DNA from: Spirochaetia bacterium
GTDB lineage: Bacteria > Spirochaetota > Spirochaetia > UBA9216
NCBI GenBank assembly: GCA_965140585.1
Contig: OZ223264.1
Coordinates: 160,001 to 224,000 of the forward strand
Direction of reading: 5' to 3'
DNA length: 64,000 nt
A program made the translations under genes and the position numbers. Positions 19,715 to 29,436 of the stretch are shown piece after piece. Below the pieces are notes generated by a model that saw only the letters and a list, made by a program, of their open reading frames with translations, had not been told where the DNA came from and did no database searches. Each line of letters opens with the position of its first letter. Within the stretch, counting starts at the first letter, position 1.

Positions 19715-20426
19715 TATTTTTTAGAGCCTTCCCTCTGGACTTCAGCCAGCTGACTGTCGAATCAAAGCTCCGGTTTACTATCAGCTCCATCGGGAAATCG
19801 GTTTCCTTCAGAAGTTCATCAATACCTGAAGTGTCACCGATTTCATGAATTGCGTGAGTATCTGAGTTTACCGCGACCTGGCATTCTGATTCTTTACATG
19901 CATTTATGAGTTCCAGAGTCTGTTCCCTGGATGATCTTCCGAGCACCAGTTTTGAGTTATTGAGTTCAACAGCAATCCCGGCTTCCGCGGCAGCAGCTGC
20001 AATACGATTGAAGTCGGAGACATAGTGAGGCGCGTTGGGATGAACCAGAATGTCTATGCATGGATTTCGTTTAAGTGCTTTTATGATGATCTCCGTGTAG
20101 TAACCGGGGGCTGCGTCTCTTTCCGGGAATTTATGAAATCCGGCTAAAACGATATCGTACCAGTCTGAAAATTTTTCAATTATATCTATACTTCCGTTTT
20201 CATCTGTGAAGTTGCACTCCATTCCCTTAAACAGGCATATCCCCTCAACGGGCTGCTTAAGTCTTTCAAAGAATACGCTTGTAGTTTTCCGTCCGAGAAA
20301 CGGTCCGTGATCGGTAATTGCGAGCCCTTTAAGGCCCTTGTTTTTTGCGGCGGTTAGAAGTTCGATTATTGAATGAAGACCGCAGCTGCTGAAAAGACTG
20401 TGTGAGTGTAAATCGGTTTCAAACAT
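19695..20426 (-). CDS. PHP domain phosphatase (YcdX-like)
   Basis: Motifs DLHSHS, AITDHGP, ELNNS and NSDTH. Confidence 0.85.
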   Translation of the reverse strand: MFETDLHSHSLFSSCGLHSIIELLTAAKNKGLKGLAITDHGPFLGRKTTSVFFERLKQPVEGICLFKGMECNFTDENGSIDIIEKFSDWYDIVLAGFHKFPERDAAPGYYTEIIIKALKRNPCIDILVHPNAPHYVSDFNRIAAAAAEAGIAVELNNSKLVLGRSSREQTLELINACKESECQVAVNSDTHAIHEIGDTSGIDELLKETDFPMELIVNRSFDSTVSWLKSRGKALKNISSPVL

Positions 20427-20771
20427 GCATTTATTATAATGAATAGGCGGGGTACGGAGAACAGGCCGGAGGCCTGATTCCCGTTAATATTTTGTAATGT
20501 CACTTTTTTTATCTACATTCTTCAATGCTATAATATATACCGCAGCTATCAAAAAAATTCACGAAAAATACACAAAAAAAATAATAAAAATATAATATCT
20601 TTTAATTATAATTATCAAAATTCAGTATATTTAAACTTTACATTAAATTCAAAACAAGAGCTGCCTGGATGATGAGCTGATAACCAATAATTTTGTGATT
20701 AAAATATAAACTGAAGATTTCAGGATAAAAATAATACCGGAGATCAGAAAATGTTGTATTCAACATTCCCT

Positions 20772-20886
20772 GACTTGACCTGATGGTCTGCTACTCAAAC
20801 AGAATACCTGCGATCGGACTTTTCTGCGAAAAGACCGACTTGACCTGATGGTCTGTTACTTAGACAGAATACCGGCGATCGGACTT
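20772..20886. repeat. Tandem 50-bp direct repeat including the tRNA-Leu 3' end
   Basis: 20772-20821 versus 20837-20886, 46/50 identical. Confidence 0.85.
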
Positions 20887-20953
20887 GAACCGATACAGAG
20901 TTGCCCCCGGCAGATTTTGAGTCTGCTGTGTCTACCAATTTCACCACGCCGGC
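20870..20953 (-). tRNA. tRNA-Leu(CAA)
   Basis: Reverse complement GCCGGCGTGGTGAAATTGGTAGACACAGCAGACTCAAAATCTGCC...GGTTCAAGTCCGATCGCCGGTA, with long variable arm and anticodon CAA. Confidence 0.95.
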
Positions 20954-21043
20954 GCTATGATGAAAAAAAATTACACTAAATTCACGACTTGTTCAACCGG
21001 CACAGGGGACTTCAATAATTCAATGAATCAGGATATAACCAGA

Positions 21044-22042
21044 ATGATGAATGAGTTAAATACAGGTTATCAGAACTGTTCTCTATGCCCCAGATTCTGC
21101 GGGGCTGACAGGAAGGATTCGAAGACGGGAATCTGCAGAATGCGCGATGAGGCTGTTGTCGCTTCTGTGGTGCTTCATATGGGAGAAGAGCCACCATTGA
21201 TCGGATCCACTGGATCCGGCACTGTGTTCTTTTCAGGCTGCGGTCTGGGCTGTCCTTTCTGTCAGAATGCTCAGATTAGCCTGAGTTCAAAGACCGAAGT
21301 CCTCGGCAGTGTAGTTTCTGTGGAAACACTCACGGAAATATTTCTTGAGCTCGAAAGAAGAGGCGCGGTAAACATCAACCTTGTTACAGCGACCCAGTTT
21401 ATACCTTCTGTTTCTGCGGCGATAATCAACGCTCGTTCTGCCGGGCTTGATATTCCGGTTTTATGGAACTCCTCCGGCTATGAAGATCCCGGAGCTTTGG
21501 AGCTACTGCGGGGCCTTGTTGATGTCTGGCTGCCTGATCTTAAAACCCTTGATTCTTCGTTATCAAAAAAGCTTTTTAAAGACTCCTGCTATCCTGAAAT
21601 TGCTTCAAAGGCTCTGGCCTGGATGGCTGATGATGTCCGCACCGGCGGCGGTCCTCTGATTGAAGACGATCTTATGAAACGGGGGCTGATAATGCGTCAT
21701 CTTGTAATTCCAGGACATGTAGAGAAATCAAGGGAGGTTCTTAAGTGGTATTCAGAGAATATTATGGATACAGCCCTTCTGTCTCTTATGGTACAGTACA
21801 CTCCGGTGCCGGGAAACAAGCTCGAGCTTGCAGAACCCGGGTATTGTATTTCTGATGAAGATTATGAGCTGCTGACCGGATGGCTTGAAGACTTCAGTAT
21901 AGAAGAGGGCTTTCTTCAGGGTCCTGAGGCTGCTGACAGCAGCTGGATTCCTGATTTCAGCAGGAACAATCCATTTCCTGCCGAGTATTCAAGGCCGGTA
22001 TGGCATTACAGCTGCGGGTTTGTTCCCGCTGATAAGCTTTAA
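21044..22042 (+). CDS. PflX-like radical SAM protein (start uncertain, 20957-21047)
   Basis: Motifs CSLCPRFC, HMGEEP, FFSGCGLGCPFCQN, NINLVT and RHLVIPG. Confidence 0.85.
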   Translation: MMNELNTGYQNCSLCPRFCGADRKDSKTGICRMRDEAVVASVVLHMGEEPPLIGSTGSGTVFFSGCGLGCPFCQNAQISLSSKTEVLGSVVSVETLTEIFLELERRGAVNINLVTATQFIPSVSAAIINARSAGLDIPVLWNSSGYEDPGALELLRGLVDVWLPDLKTLDSSLSKKLFKDSCYPEIASKALAWMADDVRTGGGPLIEDDLMKRGLIMRHLVIPGHVEKSREVLKWYSENIMDTALLSLMVQYTPVPGNKLELAEPGYCISDEDYELLTGWLEDFSIEEGFLQGPEAADSSWIPDFSRNNPFPAEYSRPVWHYSCGFVPADKL

Positions 22043-22822
22043 TTAGTAATATCCCATACCATTCAGGCAGAGGGCGGTCCCGGCCACTGATGCGGTTTCG
22101 GTTCTGAGTACTCTTGTGCCCAGAGAAACAAGAGTGAAGCCGGAACTTCTGAGAGTATTCCTTTCTCCGGCCGACCACCCGCGCTCAGAGCCTACTGCAA
22201 GAAGTACTGCGCTGCCTCTGTCATCATTTTTGGTCCAGAAATCCTTCATGCCGCATCCGGCCTCATAGTTGTCCAGACCAATTTTCAGTGGTGTTTCTGT
22301 AGAAAGCTTACCGGAAACCGCGACAGCAGCTGATACTGCTTCATCAAGGCTGTCGAAGATTTTAAAATCAGGCAGTCTTGTGCAGAATGCCTGCTGTGCT
22401 CCTTCAAGCAGAAGCCGGCGAACGCTTTCTTCGGACAGGGCGGAACTTCTGGCATAGCCGGCTTCTCCCCTGTCGGTGGTGAAGGTGAAAATGCCGGATA
22501 CACCGAGTGCAGTGGCTTCCCGTATGATCTTTTTTACTGTCTGCGGCCTGGAAAGACCAAGCAGCAGAATCAGCGGGAATAGTTTATCCGGTTCTTCGGT
22601 TGTTCGAAGCTGTATTACTGCCGCTTTTCCATCATCTGAGACAACAGAAGCTCTGCATCTGGAACCGTTTACAATTCCTGCATCAAACTCTTCACCGGGG
22701 CCGGGCTTAAGCACCTGACGGATATGCCTGTAACGTTCCTCAGCAGAACTGATTACTGCTGTATGGACAGTTCTGTCAGTACCTGCTGTAATTTCGTATT
22801 CTTCGAATAAAATAAGGTTCAA
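22043..22822 (-). CDS. rsmE: 16S rRNA m3U1498 methyltransferase RsmE family
   Basis: HI..VL motif and SPOUT motif AVGSERGWS...SLGTRVLRTETA. Confidence 0.88.
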   Translation of the reverse strand: MNLILFEEYEITAGTDRTVHTAVISSAEERYRHIRQVLKPGPGEEFDAGIVNGSRCRASVVSDDGKAAVIQLRTTEEPDKLFPLILLLGLSRPQTVKKIIREATALGVSGIFTFTTDRGEAGYARSSALSEESVRRLLLEGAQQAFCTRLPDFKIFDSLDEAVSAAVAVSGKLSTETPLKIGLDNYEAGCGMKDFWTKNDDRGSAVLLAVGSERGWSAGERNTLRSSGFTLVSLGTRVLRTETASVAGTALCLNGMGYY

Positions 22823-22827
22823 ACGAT

Positions 22828-23523
22828 CTATTCCGGACCTATCATTGTCCCTTCAAAATCCCGGCCCTCAAGCACTGCTACGAGGTTGGGAATGTCTTTT
22901 CCTGCGGCGGTTACAACCTTCAGTCCTATTTCCGCACCCAGTTTAGTTGCGATAGGATCAAAGGGAACATTCTTGCCGGGAACCCAGCTGTCGCCTACAA
23001 GTTTTTTCAGCTGATCCCAGCTCATCTTATCAAAGGCTGTTGCTTCAGGGTTCAGCTTAGGATCATCGGAATAGACTTTTGATATATTTGAAAGGTTGAT
23101 GACCGTATCGGCGCCGAGATTCTGAGCGAGAACTACGGCATCATAGTCTGTTGACCATCCGGGCTTCCATCCGGCGGCTATCATTATCCGGCCCTTAATT
23201 TCTTTAACAGATGTTGGGTCGGTAACAACATCGTCAAGGCAGAGTCCGTCAAACACAGCCTTCATGAGCTGGCCGTTGAGTCTGGTCGCTGCAATTCCGA
23301 CCCAGTCCTGAGCGCTGGAATCTGCTTCGCTGTTGATTTCGCGGCAGGCAGACTGGTATGAACGTGCGGGGCCTCCACCGCCTGTGACGAGGATAAGTTT
23401 CCGGGTATTATCAGCTTCAAGATACTTGAGTATTTCGCTGCGGAATGCTTTCAGAAAATCGGTATCCACCTTATCGGGTGCAATGATGGAACCGCCGAGA
23501 GATATAATTTTAATGTTTTCCAT
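22828..23523 (-). CDS. pyrH: UMP kinase (archaeal type)
   Basis: Motifs ISLGGS, VTGGG..AR.YQ, GW.PGWSTDYDAV and PFDP.A. Confidence 0.92.
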   Translation of the reverse strand: MENIKIISLGGSIIAPDKVDTDFLKAFRSEILKYLEADNTRKLILVTGGGGPARSYQSACREINSEADSSAQDWVGIAATRLNGQLMKAVFDGLCLDDVVTDPTSVKEIKGRIMIAAGWKPGWSTDYDAVVLAQNLGADTVINLSNISKVYSDDPKLNPEATAFDKMSWDQLKKLVGDSWVPGKNVPFDPIATKLGAEIGLKVVTAAGKDIPNLVAVLEGRDFEGTMIGPE

Positions 23524-23613
23524 AATCAGTTAAATATAGGATTTTGAGTCCGGATTTACAAGACTGCAGGGGGGAGTGGACGTTTTTTTTAATGGAGCTT
23601 ATACTGTCAGGAA

Positions 23614-26016
23614 ATGAAAATTTTCCGGAAAAAAGAAAGACCTGATGTGCTGGAAATCATTCAGGAAAAATGGACAACATCTTTCGGCCTGTTTCATAAA
23701 AACCGGTTTGAAGAGGAAGACTGTGATGATTATGTTTCATCATTATCAGGCGGGAAGTTTTCACTGCAGCTTAAAAAGAAGAATGTCTTTGTCTGGGCTG
23801 ATGATGAGCTGTACCGCTATGATGATTTTCTGATAACTGCAAACATCGGAACAGGTTCTGATGAAGGTTATTCGTCATCAGGCTTCATGTTCCGTAAGAC
23901 CGATGATACTTCCTATTATTATTTTCTTGTTTCAAACCGCGGATTCTTCCGTTTTGATATAGTTTTCAATGGTATACCTTCTCCGATTATCGGATGGACA
24001 GCTCTGGAGGATTTTTCTGCCGACAGCTTCATTCTTCAGATTCTTGCCGAGGGTGAATCATTCCGTTTCTATATAGATAACAGTCTTGTCTGCGAGGCAG
24101 CTGACGACAGGCTTAGTGCGGGCAGTATAGCTTTCATTGCACAGAATTACGATGAAAAAGACTCGTTTACATGGAATCTGAGGAAGTTTCAGATAGAATC
24201 ACGTCATAAGGAACTTGGAAAGCTTGCAGCCAGACTGGCAGTGAAGCAGATGAGCGCCGAAGCGTATATCCGGGAAGCCGAAAGCCTGATAACTCTTGGA
24301 CGTTATACTCATGCAGTAGTTGAGCTTAGAAAAGCCATGGCGTTACAGCCGGGAGACAGTGGAACTATCCTGATGACTGCAGACTGTTTTGTAAACCTCG
24401 GACTCTACGAAGAGGCGGAACGCTACTTCCTGATGATACCCGAGGAGTCAAGGGAATCCGGTGCTCTCATGAGTATGGCCGGAATGTACTACATTTCAAA
24501 TAATCTGCTTAAAACAAGAGACCTTATAAAAGACAACATCAGCAGGCTAGAGAATAACCCTGCAGCCTGGAATCTGCTTGGTAATGCCGAGTATGCACTG
24601 GGAAATTCTGATACTGCTGCCGCTGCCTACGGCCGGGCTTTTTCGCTGGATGATTCGTTTGCACTGTATTCTGTGAATGAGGGCCGGGCACTGGAAAAAT
24701 CAGGTAAAATGGAGCCTGCTCTTGCTGCCTATGGTAAGGCATCATCAATTTTTTATAGAGACGGAGACTACGAAAGTCTTTTTGAAATGCTGCCCCTGAT
24801 GGAAGGTATAGACAAAAGCAGTATTGCAACAGAAGAACTCCGGGGGAAAATCCTTTTTGCCCAGGAGCTTTTTGATGAGGCGGAAAAGGTTCTCGATAGA
24901 GTAATAAAGAAGAAAAGTACCGACAGCGCTGTTTTTTACCTGAATGCCCTTGTTAAATATCGAAACGGGGATAAGACGAAGGCTCTGAAACTTGTGGATA
25001 AGGCTTTAAAGATTGAACCGGAGTATTATCTTTACCATCTTCGGAAGGCGGAATGGCTCTTTCCGGAAGGCAAATATACCAAAGCTCTTGAAAAAGCGCG
25101 CGGTCTTGCGCCTGCAGATCCATGGGTTCTGAATATGTCCGGTCTGGCTGCGATGGAGAATCAGGATTTTGACGAAGCCCAAAGATGTTTTCTTACCGCT
25201 TCAGAGCTGCTGCCGGATGAAGATGAAATTATGGTCAATTATTCTGAAGCCCTCTATAATACCGGAGATTCTGAAAAAGCTTTTGAAGTAATAAGCGAAG
25301 ATAACTTTCTTTTCCTGAATCAGCGAGGTCACCTTTATGCAAAATCCGGGGACTATCCAAAATCTGCCGGAGCATATGAAAGGGCTCTGCGAATCCAGCA
25401 GGATAATACCGATGTTATGCTCAACCTTGCATCTGTCTGCTTTGAAGCTGATATGTTCAGCAGAGCCGAGGAGCTGCTTGTAAGAGTACTTAATACAAAA
25501 CCGTCAGCGGATGCCTACAACCTGATGGGTAATATTACTGCATTAAAGGGAGAATCTGCCAGAGCCGAGGAATCCTACAAGGCGGCGCTTAAGCTGCAGC
25601 CTGATAACCCCGGTATAATCTGCAACCTTGCCTCTTTTTATATTGCAAAAGACCGGTATTATGATGCCGATCTTCTGCTTTCCGGAATACCCGATTCGGA
25701 GATTGGTGAACGCGGAATAAAGCTGAAAAAAACAGTATTCAGGTATATAATGTCAGTTCATAACTGTTCGGTCTGCGAACGGGAATGGATTGTTCCGAAA
25801 AAGATTGAGACACCGGGAGCGCTTAAACTGGTAGGCGAACCTCCTGATCATATGCCTGCCGGGCAGTGTCCGGTCTGCGGCAGGATTTATTGTATAGGCT
25901 GTGCAAAGGAAAACCTTGTTGAAGGACGGTTCTTCTGTACAGAATGCAGCACGGCAATCAAGCTTTCAGCCGACTGGATGAGGTATCTCTATAACAGTGA
26001 TATGCTTGACAAATAG
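23614..26016 (+). CDS. TPR repeat protein with N-terminal beta-sandwich (DUF1080-like) domain and C-terminal Cys-rich zinc-binding domain
   Basis: Many TPR repeats; CSVC, CPVC, CIGC and CTEC motifs. Confidence 0.75.
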   Translation: MKIFRKKERPDVLEIIQEKWTTSFGLFHKNRFEEEDCDDYVSSLSGGKFSLQLKKKNVFVWADDELYRYDDFLITANIGTGSDEGYSSSGFMFRKTDDTSYYYFLVSNRGFFRFDIVFNGIPSPIIGWTALEDFSADSFILQILAEGESFRFYIDNSLVCEAADDRLSAGSIAFIAQNYDEKDSFTWNLRKFQIESRHKELGKLAARLAVKQMSAEAYIREAESLITLGRYTHAVVELRKAMALQPGDSGTILMTADCFVNLGLYEEAERYFLMIPEESRESGALMSMAGMYYISNNLLKTRDLIKDNISRLENNPAAWNLLGNAEYALGNSDTAAAAYGRAFSLDDSFALYSVNEGRALEKSGKMEPALAAYGKASSIFYRDGDYESLFEMLPLMEGIDKSSIATEELRGKILFAQELFDEAEKVLDRVIKKKSTDSAVFYLNALVKYRNGDKTKALKLVDKALKIEPEYYLYHLRKAEWLFPEGKYTKALEKARGLAPADPWVLNMSGLAAMENQDFDEAQRCFLTASELLPDEDEIMVNYSEALYNTGDSEKAFEVISEDNFLFLNQRGHLYAKSGDYPKSAGAYERALRIQQDNTDVMLNLASVCFEADMFSRAEELLVRVLNTKPSADAYNLMGNITALKGESARAEESYKAALKLQPDNPGIICNLASFYIAKDRYYDADLLLSGIPDSEIGERGIKLKKTVFRYIMSVHNCSVCEREWIVPKKIETPGALKLVGEPPDHMPAGQCPVCGRIYCIGCAKENLVEGRFFCTECSTAIKLSADWMRYLYNSDMLDK

Positions 26017-26044
26017 CTGTGCATGAGTAATATGAGACAATAAC

Positions 26045-26746
26045 ATGAATAAATACAAGCTAATTTTCTTTCTTACAATAGTAACTTTTATTATCACACC
26101 GATTACAGCTTTCTCACAGGACCTTGTGACAGCGGTTAATTTTTTCAGATCTGTATCTGATAAATACGGTGATGTTCTTGATTATGAAGCAAGACTGACT
26201 ATTACCCGGGGGGTCAGCGAAGAAGAGTCTGTTTCTTCCGGTGTAATTTATTATAAAAATCCCAATCTGCTAAGAATTGATTTTACCGATCCCGAGGAAC
26301 AGGTTATCTGTGTTACCGGTGAAGATCTGATGATTTATCTGCCATCACAGGCTGTTGTAATGACTCAGAAGCTTAAACGCCATAATGATGCCACCCTCGC
26401 CGCAATGGTTAACAGCCAGGGCCTTGATCTGCTTGAGAAGGGCTACAGTATCGGTTACCTCGAAGGTCCCGATCCGGTTCCGCTGGATGACGGTTCTGAT
26501 GAAATGGTGACCAAGCTCAAGCTTGAGTGGCGAACTACGGAGCAGGGCTTCCGCCAGATTGAAATGTCTGTAAGCGCAGATAATATGATTAGGCGCATGA
26601 AGGCCCTCACTGCTGAAATGGAAGAAGTCCAGTTTGATTTTCAGAGTCTAAAGATTAATCAGAATATTCCTGATGCCAGATTTGAATTTGAAGCTCCGGC
26701 ATCTGCATATGAAATAAAGAATTTTCTTTTTGAACCGGAAGGATGA
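26045..26746 (+). CDS. lolA: Outer-membrane lipoprotein carrier LolA family
   Basis: G.IYYK.PN.LRIDF..P..Q motif; lolA-rodZ-rimO synteny. Confidence 0.8.
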   Translation: MNKYKLIFFLTIVTFIITPITAFSQDLVTAVNFFRSVSDKYGDVLDYEARLTITRGVSEEESVSSGVIYYKNPNLLRIDFTDPEEQVICVTGEDLMIYLPSQAVVMTQKLKRHNDATLAAMVNSQGLDLLEKGYSIGYLEGPDPVPLDDGSDEMVTKLKLEWRTTEQGFRQIEMSVSADNMIRRMKALTAEMEEVQFDFQSLKINQNIPDARFEFEAPASAYEIKNFLFEPEG

Positions 26747-26749
26747 TAT

Positions 26750-27910
26750 ATGGAATCTATAGGCGAAAAACTCACCTCTGCTAGGGAATCCCTGGGCTAT
26801 ACTGTTGAACAGATTGCCCGTGATACAAATATAGCTAAAAGTTACCTCAATGCCCTTGAAAATGAAGATTTTTCCGTTTTTCCCGGTGAAACCTATCTTT
26901 ACGGTTTTTTAAGAAATTATTCAGAATATCTCGGACTAGAGCCCGAAGATATGGTTACTTTATATAAAAACATGCAGCTTCAGGAGCAGCCTGCTCCGAT
27001 GGAAGAGCTGCTTGTAAAGCGACGTTCCTTTACCGGAGTAGCAGTACTCATTATTTTTCTTGTTCTTGCAGGACTTGGTGCGGCCGGTTACTTCTGGTTA
27101 TATCCGACCTTTATAGCAGGAGATTCAGAAAGACCCCAGCGGGTTGAGGAAGAAGCTCCTGAAGTAAAACAGCCGGAAAAGGAAATTGTTGTTAAGAATG
27201 TCTACGAGTTCGCAGATGAGGTTGTTGAACGGCGTTTCAAGGCAGGGGACGCTATTTCTGTGAAACTAAAGGATGATTCTTACAGAATGGTTATCGCATC
27301 CGCCGGTGACACTCTTGGCCTGATACTTCCTTCAGGAGAAATTGAAGTTCCTGCTGGTGAAGAGACCATGGTCGATCTTAACGGAGACACAACCGCCGAC
27401 ATCAGGATGCTTGTGCGTACCATCGATTCAGCCAATTCTTCAGCAGTAATACATATAGATCGATTTGTTCAGGCTACAGTACAGCTTGCCAACCGAACCG
27501 ATTCTGCTGCACCTGCGGCAGATACAGCCCCGGCAGATACAGGAATTACTGCTGTTTCCGCCGGAGAAGCCGGTTCCCCTTCAAGAGTAAGGGAGCCTGC
27601 AGTAATCCGTGAGGCATCAAGGCCGGAACCCTTTAACATCAATGTTGTATTCAGAGGCTACTGTCTCATGCGTTACAGCTCTGATAATTCAGTGAGGGAA
27701 GAACGTTATTTTCACAAGGGCGAAACTTTCCGTCTTGATGTGAATTCAACTGTAACTCTCTGGGTTTCAAATGCCGGTTCCTTCTCCGGAAAGGTTAACG
27801 GGGTTGATATAAACATCGGCGATCAGGGTGAGGTTTCAGCAGGCACCATCAGATGGATCTACAACAGTGAAAAAGCCGTATATGAACTCACATTAACACC
27901 GGTTTACTGA
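26750..27910 (+). CDS. rodZ: RodZ-like HTH membrane protein
   Basis: IGEKL..ARE...YL.ALE.EDF..FPGETY..GFLRNY followed by a TM segment. Confidence 0.85.
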   Translation: MESIGEKLTSARESLGYTVEQIARDTNIAKSYLNALENEDFSVFPGETYLYGFLRNYSEYLGLEPEDMVTLYKNMQLQEQPAPMEELLVKRRSFTGVAVLIIFLVLAGLGAAGYFWLYPTFIAGDSERPQRVEEEAPEVKQPEKEIVVKNVYEFADEVVERRFKAGDAISVKLKDDSYRMVIASAGDTLGLILPSGEIEVPAGEETMVDLNGDTTADIRMLVRTIDSANSSAVIHIDRFVQATVQLANRTDSAAPAADTAPADTGITAVSAGEAGSPSRVREPAVIREASRPEPFNINVVFRGYCLMRYSSDNSVREERYFHKGETFRLDVNSTVTLWVSNAGSFSGKVNGVDINIGDQGEVSAGTIRWIYNSEKAVYELTLTPVY

Positions 27911-27919
27911 GATTAGATT

Positions 27920-29293
27920 TTGGATAATCTGCGTACCTATTACCTGGAAAGCCTCGGCTGTGCAAAAAATCAGGTAGATTCAGAAGTAATTATAGAATCT
28001 CTAAATAAGGCTGCGTGGCAGCGTGTGATAGATCCGGCGCTGGCAAAGCTGATCATTGTTAATACCTGCGGCTTTATCGAAAGTGCGAGGGAAGAATCGA
28101 TAAATGTGCTGATTTCTTTCCGTGATGCATTTCCTGATGCCTGGGTAGTCTCTGCCGGATGTCTTTCCCAGCGCTACTACGAGGAGCTTGCAGAGTCGAT
28201 GCCGGAACTTGACGGTATCTTTGGCAACAGCTATCCCGGAATGGTTTCAGAGTTTGTTGAAAGGCTTGGAAAGGGAAATTCCCAGAAGGTATTTATCCCT
28301 GAGGAAGGTTCCGCCGATTCTCAGCAGACTGAAACTGAAGAACTTCTCAGTGAGGAGCGTGAGCAGCTGCTTTCAACCCAGGGCAGTGCATACATCAAGC
28401 TTGCTGAGGGCTGCAGTAATAACTGCAGTTTCTGCGCCATTCCAATTATCAGAGGTCCGATAAAAAGCAGAAGCATTGATGGTATAGAGAAGGAGGCCCG
28501 CAATCTTGTTGCCCGCGGAATTTACGAAATTAATCTGATAGCCCAGGATCTCGGTTCCTTTGCTGTCGATACCGAGGGGAGATGTAAGCTGCCTGAGCTG
28601 CTTTCAAGGCTTGATTCGATTGAAGGCGATTTCATCATCCGTATGCTTTATATTCATCCTGATAACTTTCCGGAAGAAATCCTTGAAATCTGTATAAACA
28701 GCAGGCATATTGTTCCGTATTTTGATATCCCCTTTCAGCATGCATCAGAGCGGGTACTTGAGGCTATGAACCGTCGGGGAAATCCCGGGAAATATCTCTA
28801 CCTGATTAATAAAATAAGAACAGTTCTGCCCGAAGCTGTAATAAGAACAACTTTCATGCTCGGATTCCCGGGAGAAACTCCTGAAGATCTTGAGATTCTT
28901 GAGAACTTCATTAAGGATGCAAAGGTTGACTGGGCTGGTTTCTTTGTTTACTCAAGAGAAGAAGGAACAGCCGCCTACAGCCTTGAGACTCAGCGTAAAA
29001 TAAAAAAGACAGTAGCGTCTGCGTCAAAGCAGCTTGAACACTTTCAGCAGGTTCAGCAGGACGTTTCCGAAGAAGCTATGAAAAGATTCCGGGGACAGAA
29101 GATGAAGCTGCTGGTAGAGGACAGGGTTGAAAAAGAAAACCTTTTTATCTGCCGTGCCTGGCTTCAGGCTCCTGAGGTGGACGGACTGGTAGTGCTTAAC
29201 TCTGATGATCTCAGCCTGAAACCCGGTGATACTGTAAGTGCTGTCGTGACAGCCGTGAACGGTCTTGATCTCGAAGCTGATACAGAAGAGTAA
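27920..29293 (+). CDS. rimO: Ribosomal protein S12 methylthiotransferase
   Basis: Motifs SLGCAKNQVDSE, NTCGFI, EGCSNNCSFCAIP and QAPEVDG. Confidence 0.95.
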   Translation: MDNLRTYYLESLGCAKNQVDSEVIIESLNKAAWQRVIDPALAKLIIVNTCGFIESAREESINVLISFRDAFPDAWVVSAGCLSQRYYEELAESMPELDGIFGNSYPGMVSEFVERLGKGNSQKVFIPEEGSADSQQTETEELLSEEREQLLSTQGSAYIKLAEGCSNNCSFCAIPIIRGPIKSRSIDGIEKEARNLVARGIYEINLIAQDLGSFAVDTEGRCKLPELLSRLDSIEGDFIIRMLYIHPDNFPEEILEICINSRHIVPYFDIPFQHASERVLEAMNRRGNPGKYLYLINKIRTVLPEAVIRTTFMLGFPGETPEDLEILENFIKDAKVDWAGFFVYSREEGTAAYSLETQRKIKKTVASASKQLEHFQQVQQDVSEEAMKRFRGQKMKLLVEDRVEKENLFICRAWLQAPEVDGLVVLNSDDLSLKPGDTVSAVVTAVNGLDLEADTEE

Positions 29294-29296
29294 ATG

Positions 29297-29333
29297 AGTT
29301 TCTTTCGAAACTCGGTTAGCATTGAAATAGCCT
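29297..29333. repeat. Degenerate copy of the AACT-N5-AGTT palindrome family
   Basis: AAACTCGGTTAG is the reverse complement of the core of 6020-6056 and is followed by CCTT as in other copies. Confidence 0.5.
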
Positions 29334-29436
29334 TAAATATCAAATAAATCCACATTCATATAATCAGGCATCTCTCCACATAATTGTAATTTTATGCTAA
29401 TCTCTGCTCTGTAATATTTGTTTACAGGAGTTTCAG

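Noticed and set aside
20772-20886. Repeat-spacer-repeat as a mini CRISPR array
   Set aside because: Only two 50-bp units with a 15-bp spacer, one overlapping the tRNA, and no cas genes in the window.
22828-23523. Archaeal-type UMP kinase as a recent horizontal transfer
   Set aside because: To my knowledge this type is usual in treponeme-related spirochaetes, and its composition matches the neighbouring genes.
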